From: Octopus sinensis
Lineage: Eukaryota
Direction of reading: 5' to 3'
Length of the DNA: 64,000 nt
Assembly (NCBI RefSeq): GCF_006345805.1
Contig: NC_043010.1
Coordinates: 46,562,001 to 46,626,000 of the forward strand
Part shown: piece after piece, positions 26,128 through 39,801 of the stretch
Numbering within the stretch: the stretch's first letter is position 1
How the letters are laid out: each line of letters begins with the position of its first letter
Position numbers and translations under genes: made by a program
Notes under the pieces: model-generated
The model's database searches: none
Seen by the model: the letters and a program-made list of their open reading frames with translations, nothing else
What the model was told of the DNA's origin: nothing

Positions 26128-26388
26128 GGAGGCGCATGGTTTAGTGGTTAGGGTGTCAGCATCATGATCATAAGATTGTGGTTTCGATCCCTGGACCGGG
26201 CGATGCGTTGTGTTCTTGAGCAAAACACTTCATTTCACGTTACTCCAGTCCACTCAGCTGCCAAAAATGAGTAACGCTGTGATGGACTGGCGTCCCGTCC
26301 AGCTGGGGAACACATACACCATTGAAACCGGGAAACTGGGCCCATGAGCCTGGCTAGGCTTTAAAAGGGCACATTTATTTATTTATTA
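26128..26388 (+). mobile_element. tRNA-derived SINE, family C
   Basis: A box tggtttagtggtt, B box ggtttcgatccc, ttgagcaaaacact core and (ttta)n tail. Related copies lie at about 16437(+), 24533(-), 44228(-), 45385(-), 49220(+) and 59570(-). Confidence 0.85.
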
Positions 26389-26751
26389 TATTTACCATTA
26401 ATATACCTCTCAGTAAAGGAGTGTAAAATATAAATCCAAATGGCAAAAAGTCTCTAGAAATCAACTCAGTTAATTATTTCTGCTGTGTTAAGTCTTTTTA
26501 TTATAAAATTCTAATAGATAATCACACCAGTGTTGAGTAACTTTTTGGCCAATTGTGCATGTGTGTGTGTGTGTGTGTGAGACATACAGGCAGAGTTGTG
26601 ACTGGATTGAAAGTGAGGAAGTTGCTCTAGTGTAGGTGTGTGTATGTGTGTGAAAATGTTGTCTTCTTATCCAACAAGGCAAGTTGCATTCCCAAAATAC
26701 TTGCATTCTAATCCTACAGCATGCAGAAATATATCTTACCATTTTGCCCAC

Positions 26752-26849
<98 letters not shown>

Positions 26850-27134
26850 ATACACACACACATGTGTGTGGGTGTATATATAATACATGTTCACAAACAC
26901 ACATTTCGTCTGTTTTGGGATTTTTTCCAAGAAATTGCTAATTGCAATTGGGAATATATATATAAATAATATGCTACACACACATACACATATATATTTG
27001 TTCTATATGCCTAAAGAAACATAGCAAGAGCTTCCTGAACAGTGTGAGAGAGAGAGCTACAAGATGCATTTTCAATCAAGACTATTTTATTGAAAGTAAA
27101 AAAAAAAATACATATTTCCAAAGACCATCATTGT

Positions 27135-27495
27135 ACTTAAGCCCTTCACACCTTACAGTCATAGGCCATTGACAACTTTTCTGCACTTTTCTCAACTCTT
27201 GAGTTGTCTTCGCTTCTATCCAATTGAATCCCTACTTTTTTTTAGGTCTGCCTCCATATTCCTTGTACATTTCCCTGCAGGAAGGCCTTTGTTTCCCTTA
27301 TATTGTTTGTTTTGAATTGTCATTAATGCTTCAGTACCTTGGCTTTTCCCCTGGGAAGAAGTGGTCCATATTAGTCTCTCCCCTAGCCTTTGACCTGACC
27401 AGTATATGAGACCCCCACCAGGAGGTTGTGCTCCACTGGCATAATTCTCAGAGTTATTAAGACACCACACCACAAGGACTGGACCTTGTAGTGAC
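27135..27495 (-). mobile_element. Non-autonomous RTE-derived element (5'UTR-like segment joined to 3' end)
   Basis: Shares start (tacttaagccct...ataggccat) and end (ctttgacc...ctccactggcata..tctca...acaagg...gaccttgt) with 32121-32578. Confidence 0.55.
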
Positions 27496-29028
27496 AGGAC
27501 CATATTGTTTTTTTTCCTTTCTCTCCACCCCTCCCCCATTGTTACAAAATATACAAACATGTGGCAAATATGTTTGCTCTAAACAGTTAATTTACTTTTT
27601 ATCTGAAAAAAAAATTGCTGATTTTATGCTTAATTTTTTTTTTAAATCAAAAAGAAACAGCAAAAGCTATTATTTGACCTTTTTTTATTTATTTTCCTTT
27701 TATTGCTTTCTTTACGTATCTCCCCACCTCATTTCCCTCTTAGATTCCATAGTACTTTCCATAGAGTATTACCAGTATGGAACTCATGCCATTCCATATA
27801 GATTCAGCCTTTGCCTGTATCCAAACTCAAAAATCTAGATTTCTTTACCACTTGCCAAACACTCAGCTCACTGTAGTTGGCTCTTCTGGAATATTTTCTT
27901 CCATATATCTATTACCAGTATGCGCATAACACACACACATACACACACATGCTATTCATAATGTGTTTTGTGTAGTATTTTTAGCCATATTATTTATGCA
28001 GTTCTCTTGTGTTGTCTCTTACTAAACAGGGTGTAGTCGGCTATTGTGCCCTACCCATAAATCCTGTAGGTGTGTTGTGTTAGTTTATCTGTTATTATGA
28101 TTTGTCATTTCTTACACCTTGCCTATAGTGTTTAAAGATAAAGAAAACACTATAGGAACTCATTTTTGAAGTTTGGATAGATTACGTTGTTGCCATGTTG
28201 AACATGGCAGATATGGTGGAGATTTATATTATATTCTGTCAGTCTCTTTCACTGAACTGCTAAGTTAAAGCATGTAATCAAATCAGCACCAATTGTCAAG
28301 GAGTGTAATGGTGGGAAGGGAGGGACACGCACATAAGAAACACACACACACCGAGCAGTGGATTGGTAGAATCATTGGAGCAGTATATAAAATGCCCTGC
28401 AATATTTCTTCAGGCTTTTTGCATTCTGTGTTCAAATCTGACCTAAGTCAATTTTGCATTTCATCTGTCCAGTCTCAATAAAATGAAGTACTTATTAACT
28501 ACTGAGGTCAATGTAATCAATTAATCTTTTCCATTAACCATTTTGTTACTGTATTTATTTTGAGATGCTCTGTGTTTCTTTCAATTACGTTATATATAAC
28601 AAAGAATTTAATAAAATAACTTAGTTATCATTCGGTTAGTGTTAGGAACATAAATTGTGACTAAGGTTTGGTGGAAGATTTTTAATTCAAAACTTAGGAA
28701 AACAAGACATTTGTACTCAGAGCCAGTTTCAGCTGGGTTGTTAATGAAAGGGTTAAAATTGCTAACCTTGTGCTTCTATCTTAAAATCAAAGGAAATAAC
28801 TATTATTCCCTTCAAACTTTGGTTTTGTGTCCTGGACATCAATGTTTTGAAACTGACCTATTTTCCATTACATTCCAGAAATTCAGTACTGAGTTGCTGA
28901 AGCAGAAATATCGTTATAGCAAATATTCTGCTCAACATCACAGTTTTGCTTGCCAGTTGCTTGACCTTAACACTTGAGAATGTACCTTAGTGGCTGACAA
29001 CATGTACATCACTGATGATGAGCATTAA

Positions 29029-29421
29029 AGCTATGTGTTGAGAGGGATTCTTTGGGGTTTGAACAAATATTGTAATAAAAGTAAAGTTTAAAGGAAATAT
29101 TAGCTGTTTTTCATGCTTTCTCAGAGTAAGCAAGTAGGAAATAACAGTTTCTTTCCAAGAACAAAAATCATGTTACACAGTGTTATCGGTACTTAAAGGA
29201 TTATACAAACTTTCATAAACAAATCAAAATTAAACACAGAATATGAACAGGAGTAGTGGGGGAGCCTCGTAGCCATGTGTTGAAAGGGATTCTTTGGGGT
29301 TTTAATAAATGTAACAAAAGTAAGGTTTGAAGGAAATATTAGCCATTTGTCATACTTTCTAGGGGTAAACAAATAGGAAATAACAGTTGCTTTCCAAGGA
29401 CAAAAATCATGTTACACAGTA
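29029..29421 (+). repeat. Diverged direct repeat of about 150 bp (29029-29181 and 29271-29420)
   Basis: atgtgttga.agggattctttggggttt...aaggaaatattagc...taggaaataacagtt.ctttccaag.acaaaaatcatgttacacagt occurs twice. Confidence 0.85.
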
Positions 29422-29782
29422 TAATAGTACAACGATTTTCTTTCTTACTTGGCACAAAAATATACAAAAGTAGATAGTTCTGAGAGTTTAGAAGTTAATG
29501 GAGCAAATATTTTTCTTTTATCTTTTTTTTCTTTTACTCTTGAAGCTACATACTCTTCTCATTGCAACCACTCGGTCAATGATTTATAAGCTATTTTTTT
29601 ATTGGCATGCGCTGAATTAGATATTCTTCTGTGTATCAGATTTTAATATAAAACACATTTAAATGCTGAAATGGCATATTGCTGCTAGGAAACTTTGTAT
29701 ATGCTTGAGGCATTTAAAAAAATTTTTATGTACTATAGTTGTATAATGAACATGATGATGATGTTAATAATATAATAATATA

Positions 29783-30012
29783 TTTCTTTATTACCCACAA
29801 GGGGCTAAACATAGAGAGGACAAACAAGGACAGACAAAGGGATTAAATCGATTACATCAACCCCAGTGCGTTACTGGTACTTAATTAATCGACCCCGAAA
29901 GGATGAAAGGCAAAGCCAACCTCGGCAGAGTTTGAACTCACAACGTAACGGCAGACGAAATACAGCTAAGCATTTCGCCCGACATGCTAACGTTTCTGCC
30001 AGCTCGCCGCCT
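29783..30012 (-). mobile_element. tRNA-derived SINE, family A
   Basis: Nearly identical to 1915-2147. Confidence 0.88.
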
Positions 30013-30417
30013 AGCCGATAGAAATGTTTGTTGAGTGGTTGGCTGGTTTCTCTCTTCGTGCTTTACATCACATAGAGTAAAAGGGGGAGAGAGTGGGAAA
30101 ATGGGAGATAGAGAGAGAGTTAACATAAGAAGTTTTGAGTGGTTAAAGGAAAGTTGAAATTGGCAAGTAGCGGTTCCAGGATGGGGAAAATGATAAAGGC
30201 TACGTAGTTGATAGATGCTAAATACATGACACATGTTTACACATTCTCTTTCTATCTCGATCACTCTTTCTCTTTTTCACACAAATACACATACTCATAC
30301 AGTCAGTTATCTATCCATTACTCTCATACACATGGAAATATAAATATACAGTTTAAGTAGAATAAACTTGACAAACAGTTGATAGGAGGAGATAAAGAAG
30401 CAATAGATTTACATAAT

Positions 30418-30669
<252 letters not shown>

Positions 30670-32120
30670 AATAGTGACTGTTTACCCATGGTGGCTAAAG
30701 TGTGCTTCCAAAATTACTTGTCTTGTAACTGGTAGCACTCTAGTTATGACATCATTGAGCATTATCATCAAATGTTTATTTTTAAAGTTTTTTTTTTTAG
30801 ATCTTTTTTCATTTTTTTTTAAAATTCATATAGTAATATTTTTGAAATCCTAAACGTTACTGATTATGATAATCTCCATGAATCATATTATATAGGTAGC
30901 TGTCTGTTTGAATTTGTCTATATGGATACATGTATGTATGTACTTAAGTGGCTTAATATATTTTATCAATCCAGGCTCTGGATATACAGTTTGTAGATGT
31001 GTGTATCTCAGCTGAATGATTAAAACTCGAAATAGGATGATGATATCAGCATTGGCAATCTTGAGTTTGAGCATTACATCTTTAAATAAAGCTTGGGGGT
31101 ATCAGTGACGGTAAAGCAGAATTGCCTTAGTTTTTGGCTACAGCTCAATTAGAGATTTATAAAAATAAAATTAAGAAATGGGAAAGCTTTACACTTACTT
31201 GTTAATATTTTGTTAAATCGTGTTAAAAGTTTAGTTTCATCACCACTGTGTTCTGAATTCAGACTCTACAAGGAGATAAGTCTTTGACTATCATTCTTGT
31301 TGAGCCAATATAATTAGTAACCAGAAATACTCTAATGAAACAATGGAATCCAAGAAAACTGGACATGATGTGTATCAACAAAGTTTAACTCTTTCGTTAC
31401 TAACCCGGCTGAAACCGGCTCTGGCTCTGTAGTACAAATGTCTTGTTTACATAAGCTTTGAATTAAAATCTTTCACCAAACCTTAGTCACAATTAATGTT
31501 CCTAACATGAGATTAATGATAACTAAGTTTTTTTTACTAAATTCTTTGTTATATTTAAAATAATTGAGAGAGAAACAGAGAATCTCAAAATAAATACAGT
31601 AATGAAAGGGTTAAGTTAATATATGCACTTGAAACAGCCTTAGATTAAAATACTGGTATGTATAATATTCATTATATGTACACAAACTAGCTGTAATATT
31701 TTATCTCAGAGATAAGGCAATGAGCTGCTAGAATTATTAGCATGCCAGGCAACATGCTTAGTATTTTGCCCATCTTTACATTCTGAATTTAAATTCTGCT
31801 GAGATTAATAAAATAAGTACTAGTTGAAGACTGGGGTTGATGCCGTCAACTTACCCCCCCCCCCCGAACTTGATGGCCTTGTGCCAAAATTTGAAACCAA
31901 TATTTTGTCTCAGAGAAACAGCTCAAAGAGATTTGTGCTAAAAACACACAGCTTCACTCAGAATGCCAAGACTGCCGAAGATGGAGTTTAGATTTGGTTT
32001 AGTCTTCACAATAGAATAAGTTATTTTATGGAGATGAAGAAATATAACTTTTAAAGCTGAACACTTTGTCAATAGAGTTGATTTAATTAACTACATGCTG
32101 CCTCTGTGCCTATATTTACT

Positions 32121-32578
32121 TACTTAAGCCCTCTGCTCCCTATGGGGCAGATAGGCCATCAGCAACAGTTTTTTTTTTTTCACTGTTCGTCACTCAGCAC
32201 TCTTTCCTTTCCCAGGTCTTGTTGGTTTTGAATGGACAATGATGCTTTCTGTAACTCTGCTTTTTCCCTGATAAGGGTGTTCACCCTACACAAAGACCAT
32301 TTTTATTCTGGGAAGAGGTGGTCCACCTTTGTCCAGCCTCTGACCTTTGACTTGTCCAGCATGGGAGGTCCTACAAGGAGCTTTCACTCCACTGGCATAG
32401 CTCTCCACAAAGACCAATTTTATATCTGGGAAGAGGTAGTTCACCTTTGTCCAGCCTCTAACCTTTGACTTGTCCAGCATGGGAGGTCCTACAAGGAGCT
32501 TTCACTCCACTGGCATAGCTCTCAAGGTTATTGAGATACACAAGCCACTTACAATACAAGGCTAGACCTTGTGGTGGT
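32121..32578 (-). mobile_element. Non-autonomous RTE-derived element with 117-bp internal tandem duplication
   Basis: Units at 32289-32405 and 32406-32523. The minus strand (gccttgt...ggcttgtgtatctcaataaccttgagagctatgcc...gtaggacctcccatgctggacaagtcaaagg) resembles RTE/BovB-type 5' ends as recalled. Confidence 0.55.
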
Positions 32579-32985
32579 CCTCTGTTCTTTTGCTAAATCA
32601 ACATATATCTGTTATACTTGGGGATGGCCATGTTTTCCTTTTTGCCTATTAAACTGATGCACTACTTATTTGATCTTCTCTTTAGTTTTTGTTTGTATTA
32701 TTTTTAGCTTGTATGTCTGTCAAAGTGCTTTCATCACACATCGCGTGACCTCACCATTAACTCTCTGCCTCATGTGTCTCTTCTTGTCCTGCTTATTCCA
32801 TTTTGTCTTTCTGTGGTATGTCAGTGATATCAATATTTGATTAAAGAGCAGTAATTAGCTATAATTGGAGGAAGAGTAAAGGAATTATAATTGTTGTTTA
32901 GACTTAAGTCAGCTTCAATTGACTGGACCTAGATCAAAATCATTCTGTCCACAACCATCCGCGATTTTGTTTTAACCATAGTGTT

Positions 32986-33023
<38 letters not shown>

Positions 33024-36000
33024 TTCCCAGTTGTAGACTGTGATTTGTGAAAGAGTAAGTTGGTTTTTCCTAGCAGGCTGAACAAGCATCACAAGATCCA
33101 TTATTAGTTTGTTGAACAATAGCTGAAGACTATGCTGGGTGCTTACTGATATTCAGTTGGGGCTCAGATTATATGGAGGAAAACTTACCCTCTGATTCTC
33201 ACCGATGGATGATCTGCTCTTTTAATATAATGCTCTACTGCCTCATGCTGCTCTTACTTATATCACAGACTCTTGCATTTTCTGTGTAAAGTGTTGATCT
33301 TCACTCAAAATCAAACTAATGTAGAAAAAGAAAAGGAAAACTAAAGCTTCTATCAGTGCAGAATATTTTACAAAAACCGTTGTATTTCAGGTACAAAGGT
33401 CTATCCTCAAAAGAAAGCAGTCCAAGAAATGTCTAATTGCATAGATTTTCATTGTTTTATTTTAAACTGCTCAGCATTTGGGTGAACAGCAGTAGCAGCA
33501 ATTCTCCAACTGCTGGTTCATTGTTAGAAGCTGTCTTTATTTTCCTTCACTTTTTCTACTTCCGTATAACAATGCTTCAAGCATGCAACAATAGTCAAAC
33601 TAGTATATTAGAACACTTTCATTATTGATTGCTAATTATGATTAATGGCCATCCCAGATCATGATTGTCTCGTGTTTTCTTCACCATATCTATGTTAGTG
33701 ACAGAAATGAAAGGGAAAATTGACTCTCAAGAGATGAAAAGTGAAGGACAGGATTTGGATTTGGTTATGCATCTCTGGATGCAAACATATAAAATTTAAT
33801 TTTTTTTTCATGTTGGATGGGTCTTAAGGCAGGATGCTTTCCAACCCTCACCTTTTAAAATACCTTAAGTAATGAACTTAAGAGACCTGTAATCAGGCAT
33901 TCAAAGCCTTCCAGCCACAAAACCCTGTCTTCTTTTTCAAACAGTGTATCAAAGTGCATATTATCCAAAATGTCTTCTCTTTTTTAAGATGGCACAAATT
34001 TGATTTGAAGGACATTTGGCTGCTTTTTTCTCCACTGTGTGGAACTTTGGGCAAGTGCCTTCTACTATAGCCTCAGGCAGACCAAAACATTATGAGTGGA
34101 TTTGATAGATGGAAACTGAAAGAAGCCCATTGTGTGTGTGTGTGTGTGTACCTTTGTGTTTTTATTCCACCACTGCTTGACAACTGGTGTTGGTATGTTT
34201 ACTTCTCCATAACTTAGTGGTTCAACAAAAGATATTGATAGAATAAGTACTAGGCTTGAACAAAAAAGTTTTGGGGTTGATTCATTCAGCTAAAAAGTTC
34301 TTCAAGGTGGTGCCCCAGCATGGCCACAGTCTAATGACTGAAACAAGTAAACGATGACACTCTGTGGAGTGGCTGGTGTTAGAAACCATGCCAGAACTGA
34401 CAATGGAGCCTGGTGTAGCCCCTGACCTTACCAGCTCCCATCAAACAGTCCAACCCATTCCAGCATGTAAAATGGACGTTAATTGATGATGATGATAGTT
34501 GTGATGATGTGCTGTCTGCAAAACACGTGGGATAGACACAGCTGGAACATCTTTTAACCAAAGGTCTACTGAATCAAGACTAAATAATTGACAAAACATG
34601 TCAGTACAGTGTAAGTAGTGGGGGTATTGACGCTGTCTCTCACACTCTCTTTAAATCATTCGTACTGATGTGGGGAAGAGCTATAGTTACTGTTATCTGT
34701 TGTGGAATTTGAAAAAGGTTTCTGTTTAAAAAAAATGGGACCAATAAAGGGGAAAAAAAATGTTTGAGTTATTTCCCTTACACCAGAAAAATAAATTTTA
34801 AATTTCATTTCTTTCGTCATCCACACCATTTTATCTCACTTATGAATTTACCTAGCGGAGGAACTTCAATGTGGTTACTGAACTTGCTAAAAATAGCAGT
34901 TAAATCTTCTTCAAATCACATTCTGCCGTCTTAAAATAGGGAGAAAAGGACACCTTAAACAATGCAGTCCAACCCACGCCAGCATGGAAAGCAGACATTA
35001 AGTGATGATGATGAGATATATATGTGTGTGTGTGTGTGTATAGAATTGGATAGTCACTGATACAGCACCTTTGACCTCAGGTGTCTTCATCAGTCAGGAC
35101 TGAACTGGTGCTAAGCAGCAATAAAAATAGCTTGGAGCTGTAAAATAATGTTCAATGTAAAACAAAGATTTGTAAAATAGTTTAAATGAAGCAATATTTA
35201 AGCTTGTTGAGTGATGTATTTTGTAAATGAGACTCTATGTATCTTGCCAACTGCACAAGTTTGTTACTCTATGACACAGCACATTTTGGGTAATATGCAA
35301 TTTGATATACTGTTTGAAAAAGAACACAGGGTTTTGTGGCTTGAAGGCTTTGAATGTCTGATTACAGGTCTCTTAAATTAATGATGACCTGGGGTTAAAC
35401 AACATGAAGCAATGAACAAAAAGGATTCCTTTAAATCACATGGAACAAACACTAAATAATTTTATAACAGTCTTCTTGCATTGCATGGTTCTCATTATCT
35501 TGTGTTTGTTTTAATGATTCATGTTTAAAATACCATAAGTAATGAATTGTAATTAGCCGCATCATCTTCAGGGTGGGCTAAATTTGATGTTATAAATGCA
35601 GGCTATACCCCTTCTGCATGGTGACTAACTGAAAGAGAAATATCATAGAGATGCTAAACCATGAGCAGACTTCAAACTCAGATCACTTAACCCCTCTTAG
35701 GTAGTCAGTGTGTGTGTGTGTGATTAAAGATAAGAATGGCATCTTGTCAACTTTAGAGGAGGACATGGATATCACACCTAATGTCCCTTACTAACTCTTA
35801 TTGAGTGAGAGTGTCCCCAACTAATACTCTCAGTACATAAATGTATCCTCTCCCTCTTAATTCAATGAGTCGTTATAAAGTATGAGGTATACCATAACCA
35901 AGCATGCATAAATGAACAGTAAAGTTTAAATATTCTTCCATCGTGTGTGTGATGCACATATAGTGGAGTGCCTTATAGCATGAGTTATAAATGTAAAATG

Positions 36001-36036
36001 TATTAACTAATATATACATGTGTGTGTGTGTGTGTA

Positions 36037-37155
36037 TTGGGTCATCCCATAAATAATGCAGCTTTTTTAATTGCATGAACTAAATGTCGGAGGGAAACAA
36101 AATAAACTACCTACAATCAACTTGATATAAAAGCAGGTAGTAATTTTACCTTGTGCTTAATCTTAGTGAAAGTGCAGTATATGGGGATCGGACAATAAGT
36201 ATAAGCCAGTGTCAATGGTGGTTCCAGAAATTCCTAGTCAGAAACTGCAACCTAGAAGACAAGCCTCATCCTGCAAGACCTGTAGAGCTTGACAAGGACA
36301 TCCTTCACACTTTGGTGGAACAAAATCTCATCATAATTGTTAAGGAACTAGCAGAGAAGCTTGGATTTGGTCCTTCAGCTATTCATTGGCACTTGCATGC
36401 TATCAGAAAAGTCAGCAAATTGGGTCAATGGGTTCCTCACAAACTTTCTGAGTCTAATCGCATGCAGAGAGTGAATGTGTGCTCTTCTTTGCTGTCATGT
36501 CTCATAAATGGACATTTTATGGACTGAAATGGATTCTCTATAAAATTGACAAGCACTGAAGACAGTGGGTAGGGAAAGGAGAACCACCAGCATCCCAGGT
36601 TAAAGGTTTTCACCCACGTAAGGTATTATCTATTTGGTGGTATATGAAAGGGTTTGTCCACTTTGAACTTTTAAACCCAAACCAAACAATTACAAAGGAG
36701 TTCTACTGCGAACAGCTTCAGTGGCTTAAGTCTGCACTAGAAGAAAAGTTACCATCTTTGGTTTCAAGACAAAAGGTGTTCTTCCATTAGGATAATACTG
36801 AGCCACATACAGTAAGGATGACATTCCAAAAGCTGGAGCAGTTTGAATGGGAAACAATGCGCTACCTGCCATATTCACCAGACATTACCCCATCTCATTT
36901 GCTCCACAATCTTCAAAATTATATGGATGGAAAAAATATGAATTCTGTAGATGAGCTCAGAACAGTAGTGGAGGAGTATTTTTCATCACAGACAACTGAA
37001 TTTTACAAGAGGGGACCTTGCAAGTCTACCAGATAGATGGAAGAGCATTGTAGAAAATGAAGGAGAGTGTATTTTAGATTTAAAAAAAACAAACTTTATC
37101 TTAATTTTGAAAAAGTAAAGAAGTATAAAAACACTGCATTCTTTATGGGATGACC

Positions 37156-37158
<3 letters not shown>
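36037..37158 (+). mobile_element. Tc1/mariner DNA transposon, degenerate
   Basis: 25-bp TIRs ttgggtcatcccataaataatgcag / ctgcattctttatgggatgacccta (2 mismatches) with TA flanks at 36035-36036 and 37159-37160. Transposase remnants lie inside. Confidence 0.92.
36153..37082 (+). pseudogene. mariner transposase pseudogene
   Basis: Fragments with HTH region (LAEKLGFGPSAIHWHL), WVPHKL and YLPYSPDITPS (cf. WVPHEL and YSPDLAP) motifs. Broken by stops, frameshifts and deletions. Confidence 0.9.
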
Positions 37159-37195
<37 letters not shown>

Positions 37196-37197
<2 letters not shown>

Positions 37198-37633
37198 CTA
37201 TATAAATATTTAAATTCTATGGTTGGGTAATATATGGTGAATTTATTCACTGCTGTACTATTCTGACTCTGTATGTTGATTAGGGGCATTTGATTTGAAT
37301 TCGTGATGTATAAAGTTGGAACTAAGTGTGCACATGTATACTTCGTGCTTTCGGTATGTATTATAGTTTCATAATTATGCATTTGCCAGCGACCTTACTG
37401 ATGAGCCACGGATGATTAATTAATCAATTGATTGACTAATTAATTGATTTATTTCATCATTAATGGTGAAACTCATGGGTATAGGGTAACTGAGAGTTTT
37501 ATTCATTCAAGTGTCCTACAAGCAATGTGCAATGTAAGAATATCTCTTTCGTTGTTTGGGTTTTGACTGCCCTTTCCAGCATGTAAGGAATCCACATGCT
37601 GGTTTCCATCTCCATGTATAAACTCTTATACAC

Positions 37634-37635
<2 letters not shown>
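37196..37635 (+). mobile_element. Hammerhead-bearing element (Penelope-like pLTR?) flanked by (TA)n
   Basis: Unique-looking block between two (TA)n tracts (37161-37195 and 37636-37670) that contains the hammerhead motif. Confidence 0.5.
37392..37487 (+). ncRNA. Type I hammerhead ribozyme motif, apparently intact
   Basis: acctta-CTGATGA-gcca...(extended stem II)...tggt-GAAAC-tcatgg-GTA-tagggt. Stem I is acctta/tagggt, stem II is gcca/tggt plus gatga/tcatc, stem III is short with a palindromic CATG loop, and the cleavage triplet is GUA (37479-37481). Confidence 0.75.
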
Positions 37636-37672
<37 letters not shown>

Positions 37673-37799
37673 CATTGTGATGCAAAGAGGAAAAACATAA
37701 CTCAAATATGAGTATATGTATATCTTTTTTATTGATATTTAGCAGAAACAACAGAGTGGCATGTGGCTGAAAGTTTTGTACAATTGATAAGTGTCAACA

Positions 37800-39540
37800 C
37801 AAGAAATTCTCAGTCCTTAAGTCACTCTATTGCTTCTGATATATATATTCTAGTTTTCAGAAAGCTATTATCAGTTGGAAATAAAGGAGTGAAAATGAAA
37901 GTGAAGCAAGAACCATTTTACATTTCAATAGTCCAGCATTTTAGGTTTATAAAGGCCTTTATTAAGAGAAAATAGAAATTAATCTTAAATGTGCACAAAA
38001 TTAGAAGTTTTGTGGCTTTGATATCCTGGTTGTTCCATCTTTCCAAATGGTTTCTAACAGGAGAATTTGTGTGAATGTGTTCTTTAACATGGATATGCAC
38101 TTTTCAGATAGTACTTCTGATGTAAAATCTTCCACTTATATTTCAAGCTATGTAGTACACAACATAAGCCCATGAACACGTCTACATCTTTGATATGGCA
38201 GTCAGCCAGTGCACATATATTTTTGCTATGTGTAAACCAATTCTATGACAAGAATATTTTCAGAAAAGACCCAGCATGTACAGGTTGTATATTTAGACAC
38301 ACCCCACCACCTACAGATTGCATGACAGATTGCAACAGTGATTCTATAATCAAAGCATGACAGTTTTAGAAAGGAATACTGTTGTTTGGAGATATGAACA
38401 TTCTTTGGTGGTTTAATATTAGTCTGGTGACTTGTAAAGGATGCTGGATATTCACATGGCCAGTGCTAGGAAGTGTGGAGCCCAATTAGAGAACTGTCAG
38501 TGGGGCCTCCTACTCTACAAAGCTGAAGATCAGTGTTTTTTGCTTTGTGTAGTATGCCAGCCCCAGCCAAAAAGCATTGAGGGTTTGAGGTTTCACTATT
38601 ATCCACAATGATATACTTAAAGATTCATCATAGTGTCCTCTGTTCAAGTGTATGCACATGGCCCTCTCTTGGTGCGAGGCCCAATTTGAACAAATCTAAC
38701 TTATTGATTTAAAACCAGCCTGGGTACTTATTATCCATTAGCATTCTTTTGATCTGCATGATACAGGAAATTCTGTTTCCTGCTTTGCTGCATCTCTTTA
38801 CACAGAAGATATCATTCCACGCCTCAGTACTGATTGGTATGTCTGGTCTACAATGCACAAATAAACTAGTACAAGCAGTTTTACTGGGGCAGATTGTATT
38901 AATAAATCCTTTCTCTGAAGTTTTTGAGTTGAAAATCAACTGGAGTACAAAAGAGATCTGGTATCGTTAGGATGTTTTATTTCAAAGTCCCATTGAACAT
39001 GCTATAATATACTATTTGCCTCATGACAACATGTCAGCATCAGAATGAATGTCATCCTCATTTCTGTAGAAGAAAGCATTGGAGAAGCTGATGGTCTACA
39101 CATCTGATAGGATGACCCACACCCTAGATAGTCACAATATTTGTTTATATGTGAAAGAATTATCAAAATGAATCCAGTATTGTTCACAATAATAGTCTGG
39201 AGCTGGTTGCTGTCTGAGGTATAGGTTTCAAGAAATAATTGGGTTAGTCACAAAGTTGATGGTTGAGAGAGCAAGTATAAAGTATAAAGGTATTTAAGTG
39301 GAAATGATGTTTGGATTAATGGTATATCATCTATTTTGTTTAAGTGCAATGAAATTACAAACATTGGGTCTGCTAATGGCAGAGTTGGCTACATGTCCAG
39401 AAAGGAAAGAAATATATATCAATGTAGTCCTGGGAGACACATTGAAAAAAAAATACTAAATGGTAAAGCCAGGACATCTTTGATCATAAGTCCTATTCAG
39501 TTAGGGTTTAACCCAAAGCTGAACCACAACCAAATCAATC
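37800..39540 (-). mobile_element. Very old CR1/Jockey-group LINE remnant
   Basis: Faint minus-strand similarity to RT/APE text (AISK...VH.GL...ISGRF near 38130-38200; FSTQKLQRKD near 38910-38940). Heavily eroded and interrupted by a MITE. Confidence 0.35.
38456..38723. mobile_element. hAT-type MITE; opposite-orientation copy at about 11085-11356
   Basis: Shared internal text (agctgaagat, gccaaaaagcattgaggg, ccacaatgatatact) in reverse complement, with cagggcc-like termini. Similar-type elements lie at about 5501-5845 and 15024-15362. Confidence 0.6.
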
Positions 39541-39801
39541 TTAGTGCATCGTAATTATTTCTTTTATTAGGTTTGATAAGTGGGAATTGAAGATAACAGA
39601 AATATGGGCTTTGAAACATGAAGATATTAGCTACTCTAAGGCAGAGCTTCCTAAACATTCAGTCTGCTTCCACTTTGATTATACATCTTATTTTTAGTAA
39701 CCAGCATGTGTAAAAGTCTTGCAACATGAAAGGTTTTTTTGATTTTTTTTCCTGTGGCCAAAGTACGTGTGCACTAAACATATAAGTGTCCATTTATTAT
39801 C

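Noticed and set aside
26128-26200. tRNA-like sequence with A and B boxes
   Set aside because: It is a SINE head that continues into SINE body and tail; there is no complete cloverleaf, so it is not called a tRNA gene.
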